Shown: positions 54,477 through 64,000 of the stretch, piece by piece
Numbering within the stretch: the first letter of the stretch is position 1
Layout of the letters: each line of letters opens with the position of its first letter
NCBI GenBank assembly: GCA_964469155.1
Contig: CAYXXU010000009.1
Location: 2,494 to 66,493, forward strand
Length of the DNA stretch: 64,000 bases
Direction: 5' to 3'
DNA from: an uncultured Bacteroidales bacterium
Lineage (GTDB): Bacteria > Bacteroidota > Bacteroidia > Bacteroidales > CAIWKO01
Notes under the pieces: generated by a model
Databases searched by the model: none
What the model saw: only the letters and a program-made list of their open reading frames with translations
Told to the model about the DNA's origin: nothing
Program-made: the position numbers and the translations under genes

Positions 54477-55571
54477 TTAAATATTTCGCGTGAACCTATT
54501 CACAATAGGATATTGATTGAGAAACTCCTTGGCAATGATACGCAAAACTGTGTAAGCCGGAATAGCCAATATCATTCCGGGAATTCCCGCCAGGCTGCCG
54601 GCAAGCAATATTACCAGAAATATTTCAAGCGGATGGGCCTTGACCACATTGGAGTAAATGGTTGGTTGAAGTATAAACGCATCCAACAGATTTATTAAAA
54701 TCAGGGTTCCGCTAATCTTTATGGATACCTGAAAAAGATCCAGAGTTTGTCCGGAGTCAATAATACCGGTTATCGCAAATAACATGGCTAAACCCCATCC
54801 TATAAAAGGACCAATATAGGGTACTATGTTCATAATCCCGGCAAAGAAACCTATCATCAACGCATTTTTAAATCCGAAAAGCCAGGTAGACAAAGTGATT
54901 AGTGTCATTACAATGATCAGATCAAGACACAATCCTAAAAAGTATTTTGAGAGCATGCGGATGACCTTCAGATAGATGTGTTTGATCTCAGATTGCAGCC
55001 TGACAGGGGTTAATGCCATGATACCGTTGATGAGCATACGATCTTGTTTCAGAAAAAAGAATGTGATAAACCCTATGGCAAATATAGCAATGAAAAGGCT
55101 TCCCGCCAGGCTGACAGCCGAATTGGCAATATCCGATGCATTGGTTATGTTGACATAAGCCATAACTTTATTGGTAACCAGAAGTTCAACACTCTCATTG
55201 GGAAGTATCATTTGATGGCTGATCAGAAAATGATTGAGCCATCCCAGAGGTTCTTTGATACTGTTCATTAGTACAACCGGATTCAATGAGGCTAAGGATT
55301 GCACCTGTGAAAAAAGCAAGGGAACAACCACGGCAAAAAAACCGCCGATAAGGCCATAAATTACCAAAAGCGTCAGGATGGCACTCAGCGTATGGGGCAT
55401 TTTAAATTCCCCGATTTTTATTTTATCAAGCAGTATCAATAAAGGCCGGCCCATGATGGATAATACTGCTGATATAAGAATATATATCACAATATTGGAA
55501 AAAAACCAGATCAGATAGCCTGCTATTACTAGTCCTGCTATTAAAATGATCCATTTGTTTCGGGTTGCCAT
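54477..55571 (-). CDS. AI-2E family transporter (PerM/UPF0118)
   Basis: 364 aa with about 8 TM segments. Family-like block NIVPYIGPFIGWGLAMLFA...LILINLLDAFILQP. Confidence 0.75.
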   Translation of the reverse strand: MATRNKWIILIAGLVIAGYLIWFFSNIVIYILISAVLSIMGRPLLILLDKIKIGEFKMPHTLSAILTLLVIYGLIGGFFAVVVPLLFSQVQSLASLNPVVLMNSIKEPLGWLNHFLISHQMILPNESVELLVTNKVMAYVNITNASDIANSAVSLAGSLFIAIFAIGFITFFFLKQDRMLINGIMALTPVRLQSEIKHIYLKVIRMLSKYFLGLCLDLIIVMTLITLSTWLFGFKNALMIGFFAGIMNIVPYIGPFIGWGLAMLFAITGIIDSGQTLDLFQVSIKISGTLILINLLDAFILQPTIYSNVVKAHPLEIFLVILLAGSLAGIPGMILAIPAYTVLRIIAKEFLNQYPIVNRFTRNI

Positions 55572-55608
55572 TAGAAAGGTTTTGTCAAAATTAATGAAAA
55601 TAGTGCAG

Positions 55609-56685
55609 TTAAGAAATACTTTCTAAAATTACTCTTTCTAACTTTTCATCATTTGCCGGACAAAGAATTCCAATTGTATTCCTAACCTCCATCAATGCTT
55701 GCTGCAGATCAAAACTGTCCTGCTGAGGACAATAAAAGATGTTTTTTTCCGAAAGATATTTGGCCAGATATTCCTGCTCAGTTTGTCCCGGTGTTGGGAT
55801 CAATATGGCTTTCTTCCCCAGAGTTGCAAGATCCATAATGGTGGAATATCCTGAACGGGCCACAACAAATTCCGACTTATGAATATAATTCTGAATTTGA
55901 TCAGGCAACAAACTGGAAAAGACATGAATTCTTTCGTCAATCACCGTTTTTATATTCCGGGAAGGCTGACCCAATATTACTATAGCCTTATAATTCGCTT
56001 TCTTCAATTGTGCCAGCAAATTTTCTTCAAAAATGGAGCGTTGTGGTTCAGGGCCTGACAATAATACGCACAAATCGAATTCTTTTTTTACCTCCATTTG
56101 AGGGTGTCCGAATCGTGACAAAATTCCAATATATTCTGCATTTTCAGGCAAATTATCAGTTCCGGAAAGTGTTCCTGCCAACTTAAATTCACCAGAAAAA
56201 TCAGGGATCCAGCAAACATTATACTTTTTTATGAAATACCGATGAAGTTTATATAAAAACTGTTCAATTCTTCTGTTTTCTCCCGGAGCTTTAATACGGA
56301 TCTGATGTGTGATATAAACCGTTTTTACTTTTTTATTCCATAAGCCAAAGCGGTTGTCAGAAATAACAATATCAATATCCAACTCCCGGATAAGTTTCTT
56401 TAGTCTTTTATGTTCCCTCAGGATGTTAAGAAAAATTCCGGGTGTCTGAAAAAATATCTTACATAACTGGTTTTTCCCTCTTGAGTATTTTATGTTATAA
56501 TCTTCAAACCAGATAAGAGGCAGATGGGGAAAGGTTTCTTCCAGCAAATGGTAAGTGCTTCCGCTGGCAGCTAAAAACACATTATAGTGATTCTTCTCCA
56601 GAATTCTGATAATAGGAATACAGCGACTGGCATGACCCAAGCCCCAGTTGAGCGGACAAATGAGAATATTTTCCCGCTCTTTCAC
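55609..56685 (-). CDS. GT-B fold glycosyltransferase (MurG/GT28-C-like, TIGR00661-like)
   Basis: 358 aa. N-terminal ILICPLNWGLGHASRCIPIIRIL, C-terminal ARSGYSTIMDLATLGKKAILIPTPGQTEQEYLA. Confidence 0.65.
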   Translation of the reverse strand: MKERENILICPLNWGLGHASRCIPIIRILEKNHYNVFLAASGSTYHLLEETFPHLPLIWFEDYNIKYSRGKNQLCKIFFQTPGIFLNILREHKRLKKLIRELDIDIVISDNRFGLWNKKVKTVYITHQIRIKAPGENRRIEQFLYKLHRYFIKKYNVCWIPDFSGEFKLAGTLSGTDNLPENAEYIGILSRFGHPQMEVKKEFDLCVLLSGPEPQRSIFEENLLAQLKKANYKAIVILGQPSRNIKTVIDERIHVFSSLLPDQIQNYIHKSEFVVARSGYSTIMDLATLGKKAILIPTPGQTEQEYLAKYLSEKNIFYCPQQDSFDLQQALMEVRNTIGILCPANDEKLERVILESIS

Positions 56686-56691
56686 TCTTAG

Positions 56692-59091
56692 TTAAAATGC
56701 AAGGTAATATTGAATGGCAATATTTCTGGGAGCTTCAATAAATCCGGGTCGTGTCATATATTCAGTATTAAATACATTATTTACGAACAGCCCAATTCTT
56801 TGTGTTTCGGTGATATCAAAGAGTCCTCTTATATTAAACAAACTATACCCTTTGTTATGTTTGTCGCGATATTCCTTTACACCCGGAAGCAAATTTGATG
56901 AGGGGATACCCGTGATCAGTTCAGCTTCAAAAGCTTTGTCAATATTGATCATATTGCTGTTGTATATATAGCCTATTCCCAAAGTGAAAAAAGCAAAAGT
57001 GACTTCAAAATCGGCTTTTACAGAATGTAAAAAACGATATTTCAAATATTTATTGTTTTCCGTCTTGGTTGTGTCTGTATCTGGATCATAATTCAGGTCA
57101 ATAGGGTTTGTAAAAGTGTATCCGGCAAGTATTGAGGCCGGAAATCCAAAAAGAGTTCCCTGTCCTGTAAAGGTAATATCAACACCGTTTATTCTGGCAT
57201 GTCCTACATTGAGAGATTTAAACCCTACATCATTCAGGGTGGGATATTCTGCTGTATCCGGTTTGTAAATTCCAAACGTAAACTCTATCATGTCGGTATA
57301 TTCTGTCCAGAATCCGGCTACATCAAGATAGCCATTCCAACGACCCAGTTTTACCCCTTGTTTCACTCCCAGTTCTGCACTCCACCCTGTCTCAGGTTTC
57401 AAAAGTTTGTTTGGAAAAATATTTAATCCCCCCAGACTTGTTTTGACAAATTTCTCGGCAATGGACGGGAAACGATATCCCTGACCAAATGAAGCCCTGA
57501 TAAAAGTATATTTTGTCGCCTGATAATTTAACCCCGCTCTGAAAACCGGCATAAAAGGAAGTGTGTGGTTTTTTCCTTTTATTTTATAGGAGAATGTTGA
57601 TTCAGACTGGGCCGTATCAATTCTGAAGTACTCTCCCCTGATACCCAGAGAAACTGTTAGTTTTTTCCAAAACTTTGCATCATATTGGGCATATAGGGAA
57701 ATATTAAGTCCGTCGTGATCACCAAACAACTGAGCCTGTGAGTTTGAATAACTTCCCGATAGACCTGCTGTCAGATTATGTTTGCCTTTAAAATTGTGTT
57801 GATACTGATAATCGCCATAATAAATATCAGCCACATTATTTTTATCCGGTTCATTCTTAAAAAGATTAGAGGTGCGAAAATACCTTAGTTTTAAACTATA
57901 CTTACTTCCTCTTTTATTAAAATACATAAAGTATGGATCAACATTTATCCGATAGCCCTGATTATGTGTTGTTGCGGCAGGGTTCTGTTTCCATGCACCT
58001 GAATCAGCATCCTGCCACAGAAAAAAATCTGATTTTTCGGCAAGCATATAATTGGTGTTCAACCCAAACGAAAGTCCTTCAATTTTTTTCACACGATACC
58101 TGAGGTTGGCATTCGCACGCACACGTCTTTCCTCGTTGGGCAAGCGAAATCCCTGATCTTCAAAAAAATTGCCTCCTACCGTCACATCAAATTGGCGTAT
58201 CTTGCGCGAATGAGAAAAGTTTATGCCACCAAATCCCGGATTTTTTATACCAAAGTTTGACAAGGGGAATAAAAATACACCCTCACTATTATTGGATAAA
58301 TCGGGCGTTGTTTCATCCCACCATATTAATTCTTTCCTTTTAGGATTCATGTAAACCCCGTTATTGATTGCGATTTTTGTTTGTGGCTTATCAGTTGGAT
58401 AGGCAGTGCGTAAATTTATCACTCCATTAAGTGCAGATGAACCAAAAAGAGCCGAAGAAGCCCCTTTAATAACTTCTATCTGTGAAATGTTTTCGATAGG
58501 CATAAAGTTCCATTTTGCATCTCCTGCATCGGGTGAAAGCATGGGAATGTCATCAACCATTACCAATACACGGCTTCCGGCGCCGTAACTATAACCGCTT
58601 CCGGCCCTGATGCTGGGCTGACCATCGTAAATATCCACTCCCGGCAATTTATTGATTGCTTCGTTGATTACATTTGTATTTTGATTGGTAACTTGTTCCG
58701 GTTTTAATACCGACATAGATATGGTTACATCTGAAAGTTTTTGTTCAAATTTTCCGGCACTGACCACTACACCCTCAATCATCATCGATTCTTCAAACAA
58801 ACTGATATCTTCAGTTATCACTTGCCCGGCTTTCAGCACATAGCTTTTCACTACGGTGCTAAAACCTATGTATTTAAATGTAACCTTGATATTTCCCGCA
58901 TTCACTTTAAGGATGTAATTCCCATCAATATCAGAAACAACTCCGGTTTTTTCATCCAAAATAACATTAACCCCGGGTATGGTTTCTTTTGTTTTTCCGT
59001 TAACTATTTTCCCTTTAATTTGAGCCTGTTGAGCCCATAAAGAAACGGAAGCTAAAAAAATGATAAGGGTCAGAATAAATGTTTTTCTCAT
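56692..59091 (-). CDS. TonB-dependent receptor with N-terminal CarboxypepD_reg domain
   Basis: 799 aa. Signal peptide, IKGKIVNGKTKETIPGVNV, plug region GASSALFGSSALNGVINLRTA, C-terminal beta-barrel ending QYYLAF. Confidence 0.9.
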   Translation of the reverse strand: MRKTFILTLIIFLASVSLWAQQAQIKGKIVNGKTKETIPGVNVILDEKTGVVSDIDGNYILKVNAGNIKVTFKYIGFSTVVKSYVLKAGQVITEDISLFEESMMIEGVVVSAGKFEQKLSDVTISMSVLKPEQVTNQNTNVINEAINKLPGVDIYDGQPSIRAGSGYSYGAGSRVLVMVDDIPMLSPDAGDAKWNFMPIENISQIEVIKGASSALFGSSALNGVINLRTAYPTDKPQTKIAINNGVYMNPKRKELIWWDETTPDLSNNSEGVFLFPLSNFGIKNPGFGGINFSHSRKIRQFDVTVGGNFFEDQGFRLPNEERRVRANANLRYRVKKIEGLSFGLNTNYMLAEKSDFFLWQDADSGAWKQNPAATTHNQGYRINVDPYFMYFNKRGSKYSLKLRYFRTSNLFKNEPDKNNVADIYYGDYQYQHNFKGKHNLTAGLSGSYSNSQAQLFGDHDGLNISLYAQYDAKFWKKLTVSLGIRGEYFRIDTAQSESTFSYKIKGKNHTLPFMPVFRAGLNYQATKYTFIRASFGQGYRFPSIAEKFVKTSLGGLNIFPNKLLKPETGWSAELGVKQGVKLGRWNGYLDVAGFWTEYTDMIEFTFGIYKPDTAEYPTLNDVGFKSLNVGHARINGVDITFTGQGTLFGFPASILAGYTFTNPIDLNYDPDTDTTKTENNKYLKYRFLHSVKADFEVTFAFFTLGIGYIYNSNMINIDKAFEAELITGIPSSNLLPGVKEYRDKHNKGYSLFNIRGLFDITETQRIGLFVNNVFNTEYMTRPGFIEAPRNIAIQYYLAF

Positions 59092-59390
59092 AGGAAGAGT
59101 TTTGGTGGGTGCAAATTTATGAAATATTTTATAACCCCAACTTTCTTTATAATATTGAATTTCAACAACATATAAATACCGGGAAGTTTAACCTATCTGA
59201 CACACTCTTTGTATCACCTGTTTTTATTGACTTTCTTACATTACAAGCCATTTATTTGGAGTGCAGTTTGTGCTCAATTTATTTTGTTAAAAAAACTTAA
59301 AAGTCAGCTTTTACGGACTTAAAATGATATAAATCATGTAAAAAGTGCTTTTGACAAAAGAATTCAACCAAAACTTCCTATTGGCTCTGT

Positions 59391-61811
59391 CTATAATTTT
59401 AAAGAATATTGAAGGGCAATATTTCTCGGAGCCTCAATAAAGCCGGGACGTGTCATATATTCTGTATTCAGCACATTGTTTACAAACAAACCTATTTTCT
59501 GATGCTCGGTAATGTCAACCCACAAACGCAGATTCAGCACATGATAGCCCTTGTTGTGCTCAGCACGATATTGCTTTAACCCCGGCAGCAATTCAGACGA
59601 CGGTATCCCCTCAATCAGGGGGGCTTCAAATGCATGGTCAATATTAATTGTATTACTGCTAAAGGTGTAGGATGCCCCAATAGTAACAATGCTAAAAGTT
59701 ATTTCAAAATCGGCTTTTACAGAATGAAAATACCGGTATTTTAAATACTTATTACCGGTTACGGTGTCAACAGTTGGATCATAGTCCAGATTTACCGGAT
59801 TCATATAGGTATATCCTGCCAGAAAAGAAGCCGGGAAACCGAAAATTGTCCCTTTGGCTGCTAAGGAAAAGTCTATCCCGCTAATACGGGCATGCCCCAC
59901 GTTTATTGACTTAAATCCCACATCATTCAGGGTTGGATACAATGCTGTGTCGGGCTTATAGATGCCGAACGTAAACTCCATCATGTTTTTATATTGGGTC
60001 CAGAAACCGGCGAGGTCGACATACCCTGACCATGTACCCACCTTAAAGGCCTGTTTGATACCCAGTTCTGCACTCCACCCGGTTTCAGGCTTAAGCTCGG
60101 GATTGGGGAATATGTTTAATCCGCCAATGCTGGTTTTTATATATTTTTCAGCAATGGTGGGAAACCGGTAACCCTGTCCGAAAGAAGCCCTTATAAATGT
60201 GTATTTCGCAGCATTATAATTTATCCCGGCCCTGAATACCGGCTGTATAGGTAAGGTAATGGTGTCCTTTTTTGTGCGAATAGAAAATGTGGAAACAGAT
60301 TCTGACTTATCTATTTTGAAATACTCGCCCCTTATACCCAATGAGAAAGTGAACTTTTTCCATACATTTGCATCCAATTGGGCATAAAATGAGGCATTCA
60401 CTCCGGTGTGATGACCAAACAGGGCGGCCGTGGATTCGGTATAACTCCCCGACAAACCAGTAGTAAAATTATAGCGGTCTTTGAATTTGTGCTGATATTG
60501 ATAATCGCCATACACCACATTGCCATTGTTATTTTTTGAAGGGTCTTCGGTAAAAGTATTCGTATGCCTGAAATACCTCATTTTAAAAGAGTATTTGCTC
60601 GCCCTTTTGTTGAAATACAATATATAGGGGTCGACATTAAAGCGCGATCCCTTATTATAATTAATGGTCGCCGGATTCTGCCTGTAGGCACCCGAATCAG
60701 CGTCGACCCATAGGAAAAAATTGGTTTTGTCCTGATACATATAGTTGCCGTTGATACCGAATGACAATCCCTCCACTTTTTTTGCACGATATCGCAGGTT
60801 AACATTAAGCCGGCTGCGCGATTCACTTTCGCCCTGCCTGAAACTTTGATTCTTATAGGTATTTCCACCCACCACCAGGTCTAACTGCCCTATTTTTCTC
60901 GAGTGAAAAAAATTCATCCCGCCAAATCCGGGGTTCTTAATACCAAAATTTGATAAGGGGAAGAAAAATACACCGGCACTGCCCTTTGAATAACTGAGTT
61001 CGTCATTATCCCACCATATCATTTCTTTGCGTTGAGGATTCAAATAGACGCCGTTATTTATGCTGATACGGGTTTCGGGTTTATCCTTCGGGAAAGCAGT
61101 GCGCAAATTGATAACACCATTTAAAGCCGATGATCCAAAAAGCGCTGATGATGCACCCTTAAGAACTTCGACCTGTGAAAGATTTTCGATGGGTAAATAG
61201 TTCCATTTAACATCACCGGCATCGGGCGACAGCATGGGCATATCGTCCACCATCAGCAAAACACGGCTTCCGGCGCCATAGCTATATCCACTACCTCCGC
61301 GAATACTGGGCTGGGAATCGTAGATATCAACACCCGCCACTTTATTGAGCGACTCCATAATGTTGTTCGCATTCTGGTTGGCGATCCGGTCGGCTTTGAT
61401 AACCTCCATGGAAATGGTTACGTCAGAAAGTTTTTGCTCGAATTTTCCGGCACTCACAACTATGCCTTCCAGTGCCTGGCTTTGTTCAGTCATCTGAATA
61501 TCCAGCGTAATGGTTTCTCCAGGTTTGACATCCAACATTTTGGTGACATTGGCAAACCCTATGTATTTAAACACCAATCTGTTTTTCCCCTGACGAACCG
61601 TAATGCTGTATTTTCCGTCAATATCAGATGCTACACCTGTTTTTTCCTCGGTAAGCACATTAACGCCCGGTATGGTTTCGCTATTGGTCGCGTTTGTAAT
61701 AGTCCCTTTCACCGTAGAGTTTTGGGCAAAAAGCGAAGAGTTGGATATTATTATTACAATAAAAGTGAGTAAAAAGTATTGGTGTTTCATTTTAAATTTT
61801 TTACTTAGCAT
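59391..61811 (-). CDS. TonB-dependent receptor with N-terminal CarboxypepD_reg domain (tandem paralog)
   Basis: 806 aa; an alternative start lies at 61790 (MKHQYF). Collinear with 56692..59091, sharing long identical blocks (GKFEQKLSDVTISM, FPLSNFGIKNPGFGG, TEYMTRPGFIEAPRNIA). Confidence 0.9.
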   Translation of the reverse strand: MLSKKFKMKHQYFLLTFIVIIISNSSLFAQNSTVKGTITNATNSETIPGVNVLTEEKTGVASDIDGKYSITVRQGKNRLVFKYIGFANVTKMLDVKPGETITLDIQMTEQSQALEGIVVSAGKFEQKLSDVTISMEVIKADRIANQNANNIMESLNKVAGVDIYDSQPSIRGGSGYSYGAGSRVLLMVDDMPMLSPDAGDVKWNYLPIENLSQVEVLKGASSALFGSSALNGVINLRTAFPKDKPETRISINNGVYLNPQRKEMIWWDNDELSYSKGSAGVFFFPLSNFGIKNPGFGGMNFFHSRKIGQLDLVVGGNTYKNQSFRQGESESRSRLNVNLRYRAKKVEGLSFGINGNYMYQDKTNFFLWVDADSGAYRQNPATINYNKGSRFNVDPYILYFNKRASKYSFKMRYFRHTNTFTEDPSKNNNGNVVYGDYQYQHKFKDRYNFTTGLSGSYTESTAALFGHHTGVNASFYAQLDANVWKKFTFSLGIRGEYFKIDKSESVSTFSIRTKKDTITLPIQPVFRAGINYNAAKYTFIRASFGQGYRFPTIAEKYIKTSIGGLNIFPNPELKPETGWSAELGIKQAFKVGTWSGYVDLAGFWTQYKNMMEFTFGIYKPDTALYPTLNDVGFKSINVGHARISGIDFSLAAKGTIFGFPASFLAGYTYMNPVNLDYDPTVDTVTGNKYLKYRYFHSVKADFEITFSIVTIGASYTFSSNTINIDHAFEAPLIEGIPSSELLPGLKQYRAEHNKGYHVLNLRLWVDITEHQKIGLFVNNVLNTEYMTRPGFIEAPRNIALQYSLKL

Positions 61812-61884
61812 AAATTTTATCGAAGCAAAAATAAGAATTATTACTATTCAGAATGTGTAATTTAGTGTTGATACTTAATATTAC

Positions 61885-63009
61885 ATGCAAAATTTAGAGC
61901 AGATCAATAATATGTTATTAAACCGTATAGCGATCACACTGATTCCGGGAATTGGCGATATTACAGGAAAAAAACTTATTGAGTTCTGCGGAGGCGTTGA
62001 AGCTGTTTTTACCGAAAAGAAGCAGAACCTTAAGAAAATTCCGGGTATTGGCGATGTTTTAGTGGCTGCAATTATCAATGGACGCAGAGAGGCTTTGCTG
62101 AGGGCTGAAAAGGAAATTGCTTTTATTGAAAAATATAAGATCGATTGTTTATTCTATACTGAAGAAACATATCCTTACCGGTTGAAGAACTGTATAGATG
62201 CCCCCATGATGCTCTATTTTAAAGGCAAATGCGACCTGAACCAGGCAAAGATACTTAGTATTGTCGGCACCCGCAGCGCTACTGAATACGGAAAGAATTG
62301 CTGTAAAACGATAGTGGATGGATTTGCCGGCAGCGAGGTGCTTATTGTTAGCGGACTGGCTCATGGCATCGACACTTGTGCACACAAAGAAGCCATGAAA
62401 AACAAACTTGAAACTGTTGCGGTTTTGGCTCATGGACTGGACCGGATCTATCCGGCCGTTAACCGCCCGCTGGCCGAAAAAATGCTGGATTCAGGCGGAT
62501 TATTGACCGACTTTATCAGTGAGACTACCCCCGACCGCGAAAACTTCCCCAAAAGGAACCGTATCATTGCCGGGCTTGCCGATGCCACGGTGGTGGTTGA
62601 GGCGGCCAAACGTGGCGGGGCATTGATTACTGCCGAAATGGCCAACTCGTATAATCGGGATGTTTTCGCGGTTCCCGGTAAAATTACAGATCAATATTCA
62701 GAAGGCTGCAATTACTTTATAAAGATCAATAAAGCAGCCCTGGTGCAATCAGCCGATGATATTAAGTACATTATGCGATGGAAAACAGATGACACGAAAA
62801 ATGAAAGTATTCAGCGCAAGCTTTTCATTAATCTGACACCTGACGAAGAAGCCATAGTTACAATGCTGACCGATACTCCCGAACTGAGCATAGATGCCAT
62901 TTGCTATAGCATGCAGGCTACCATGAGCCGTGTGGCTACCGCCCTGTTGAATATGGAATTTGAAGGCATTATCAAACGATTGCCGGGAAAGATGTATAAA
63001 TTACAATAA
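61885..63009 (+). CDS. dprA: DNA-processing protein DprA
   Basis: 374 aa. IVGTRSATEYG, SGLAHGIDTCAHKEA, NFPKRNRIIAGLADATVVVEA..RGGALITA. Confidence 0.9.
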   Translation: MQNLEQINNMLLNRIAITLIPGIGDITGKKLIEFCGGVEAVFTEKKQNLKKIPGIGDVLVAAIINGRREALLRAEKEIAFIEKYKIDCLFYTEETYPYRLKNCIDAPMMLYFKGKCDLNQAKILSIVGTRSATEYGKNCCKTIVDGFAGSEVLIVSGLAHGIDTCAHKEAMKNKLETVAVLAHGLDRIYPAVNRPLAEKMLDSGGLLTDFISETTPDRENFPKRNRIIAGLADATVVVEAAKRGGALITAEMANSYNRDVFAVPGKITDQYSEGCNYFIKINKAALVQSADDIKYIMRWKTDDTKNESIQRKLFINLTPDEEAIVTMLTDTPELSIDAICYSMQATMSRVATALLNMEFEGIIKRLPGKMYKLQ

Positions 63010-63025
63010 TTCCTGTTTTTCAGCT

Positions 63026-64000
63026 TTATTTTATCACCACCACTTTGCCCGTTTCAATAGAAACATCCTCAGATACCAATCTATACATATAAACCCCTCT
63101 GCTCAGATAAGTGGCAGAAATATCTGTCCTACCCGTGGATTGTGTGAGTTGAATACTGTAAACCTTTCTTCCGGTATAATCATATATTTCAAATTCTGCG
63201 GGCTGAATGTCAGCAAGAATATACACAAGTTGCATGCTGCCGTCATTCGGATTCGGAAACAGTTTTACATTAGTTTCTGTTACTTTTTCTTCGGTTTTAT
63301 TATCCGATGTTGATTTCAAGCTGGCTGTTGCATTGCACTGGGCATATTTTGACGAAAACGATTCAAAGCCATATTCACCAGTACCATTTTTCCCATTACA
63401 GTAAATATTAGCATTTTCCGATATCGTATAATCAAACAAGTGAGTATTCTCAACCGATTGCTCCCATAATTTTTCTCCCTTAAAATGAAATTTATACAAG
63501 TAAGACAGGAATTTAACATTATTTTCTTCATTACTGGCTAATAATATGTAATGATCTCCATTTATATCAGTTTTTAACGCCAGTTTTTTAATAATAGCAA
63601 ACCAATTACCATTTTCAGTAATATTCCAATTATCATGCCCTTCAAAATCAAATGAAGTAATGGAAAACCCCAAATTATCATAACACAAAACAGTAACATT
63701 TCCTGCTGTGTCACGGGTCATACAATCTGGTGTAATACTGATTATCTCCGATTCAATCTCGTTATACCATTCGGTTGAATTATTATAATTGTTGTACTTC
63801 ATTACTATCACCCTATCTCCCATGTAATAATTCCCTGCCATCAAGTAATTGTTTTGATTATCTACAATTAAATTGTTTAGATAAACTTCCGCCAAAACTA
63901 TATCCGAAATTAGTTCGCCATTATCTCTGTTTATCACCGAAATGCGCGATTCATTGCTCAATGAATCAATTCTGATGACAACAATATTTGTGTCAAGGTC
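63026..64000 (-). CDS. T9SS C-terminal sorting domain protein (5' end beyond the window)
   Basis: The C-terminal KLFPNPNDGSMQLVYIL...IYDYTGRKVYS...GVYMYRLVSEDVSIETGKVVVIK is a type A Por/T9SS CTD. The reading frame stays open from the track TTG at 63961 to the window edge, so the gene is probably truncated. Confidence 0.8.
   Translation of the reverse strand, partial: DLDTNIVVIRIDSLSNESRISVINRDNGELISDIVLAEVYLNNLIVDNQNNYLMAGNYYMGDRVIVMKYNNYNNSTEWYNEIESEIISITPDCMTRDTAGNVTVLCYDNLGFSITSFDFEGHDNWNITENGNWFAIIKKLALKTDINGDHYILLASNEENNVKFLSYLYKFHFKGEKLWEQSVENTHLFDYTISENANIYCNGKNGTGEYGFESFSSKYAQCNATASLKSTSDNKTEEKVTETNVKLFPNPNDGSMQLVYILADIQPAEFEIYDYTGRKVYSIQLTQSTGRTDISATYLSRGVYMYRLVSEDVSIETGKVVVIK

Noticed and set aside
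59109-59300. Track ORF 59109..59300 in the spacer between the two TonB-dependent receptor genes
   Set aside because: It lies on the strand opposite both receptors, in the probable promoter region of the downstream one. Its translation is low-complexity and AT-rich.
59092-59390. Cobalamin riboswitch upstream of the TonB-dependent receptors
   Set aside because: I read the minus strand of both upstream regions and found no B12-box-like GCCACTG core or the surrounding conserved helices. An Rfam scan would settle this.
311-63975. Roughly 70 short track ORFs (60-117 aa) lying antisense to, or out of frame within, the long genes (e.g. 311..493, 3351..3626, 13498..13746, 23120..23470, 41152..41505, 48235..48528, 58741..59040, 62149..62433)
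   Set aside because: Each is fully embedded in a longer ORF with clear family motifs. Their compositions are biased in the way shadow frames are, and none shows a motif I recognise.

Overview
The sequence looks Bacteroidota-like. It has a T9SS C-terminal sorting domain, TonB-dependent receptors with CarboxypepD_reg N-termini, TAnnTTTG -7 boxes close to start codons, no Shine-Dalgarno sequences and a single-chain GlyRS. About 4.2-46.6 kb is a compositionally distinct island. My hand counts on single 60-nt lines give 25-37% GC inside it and 47-57% in the flanks. The island encodes a surface glycan or glycolipid pathway built around a Wzm/Wzt ABC exporter. It is unusually rich in radical SAM (rSAM) enzymes: 15 rSAM genes between 6.3 and 43.4 kb, about 20.6 kb of that 37 kb. 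Four are cobalamin-type (class B) rSAMs, one has a canonical C-terminal SPASM domain, and one is a small rSAM next to a UbiA prenyltransferase. The other nine are diverged paralogs of one family whose twitch/SPASM-like cysteine motif sits N-terminal to the CX3CX2C core. Seven of these nine form a translationally coupled tandem array at 32.1-43.4 kb. That array closes a roughly 19-kb gapless operon: FabL-like reductase, FabZ-like dehydratase, KAS, ACP, PPTase, GT2, AsnB, 6 rSAM, a GT-A-like gene, 1 rSAM, Idi and an SGNH hydrolase. The locus also encodes GT4, GT2 and GT9 transferases plus a GT32 just beyond the right edge of the island, a large GT-C/ArnT-like membrane protein, a DegT aminotransferase with a NeuD/PglD acetyltransferase, a Cys-less AsnB homolog, and a carbamoyltransferase-DUF5989-SxtJ trio. 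Two genes are pseudogenes: an AAA+ ATPase (frameshift plus TGA) and a second NeuD-like acetyltransferase (in-frame TAG). The right flank is ordinary: glyQS bracketed by nested intergenic repeat elements, a yefM-yoeB toxin-antitoxin pair with TGTACA operator hexamers at 12-bp phasing, a SPASM rSAM, an AI-2E transporter, a glycosyltransferase, two tandem TonB-dependent receptor paralogs, dprA and a T9SS cargo protein cut off by the window edge. A 21-bp x 8-9 tandem repeat at 49.3-49.5 kb is open in three frames and its status is unresolved. No rRNA, tRNA, CRISPR array or transposase is visible. All family assignments rest on motifs read by eye; no searches were run.
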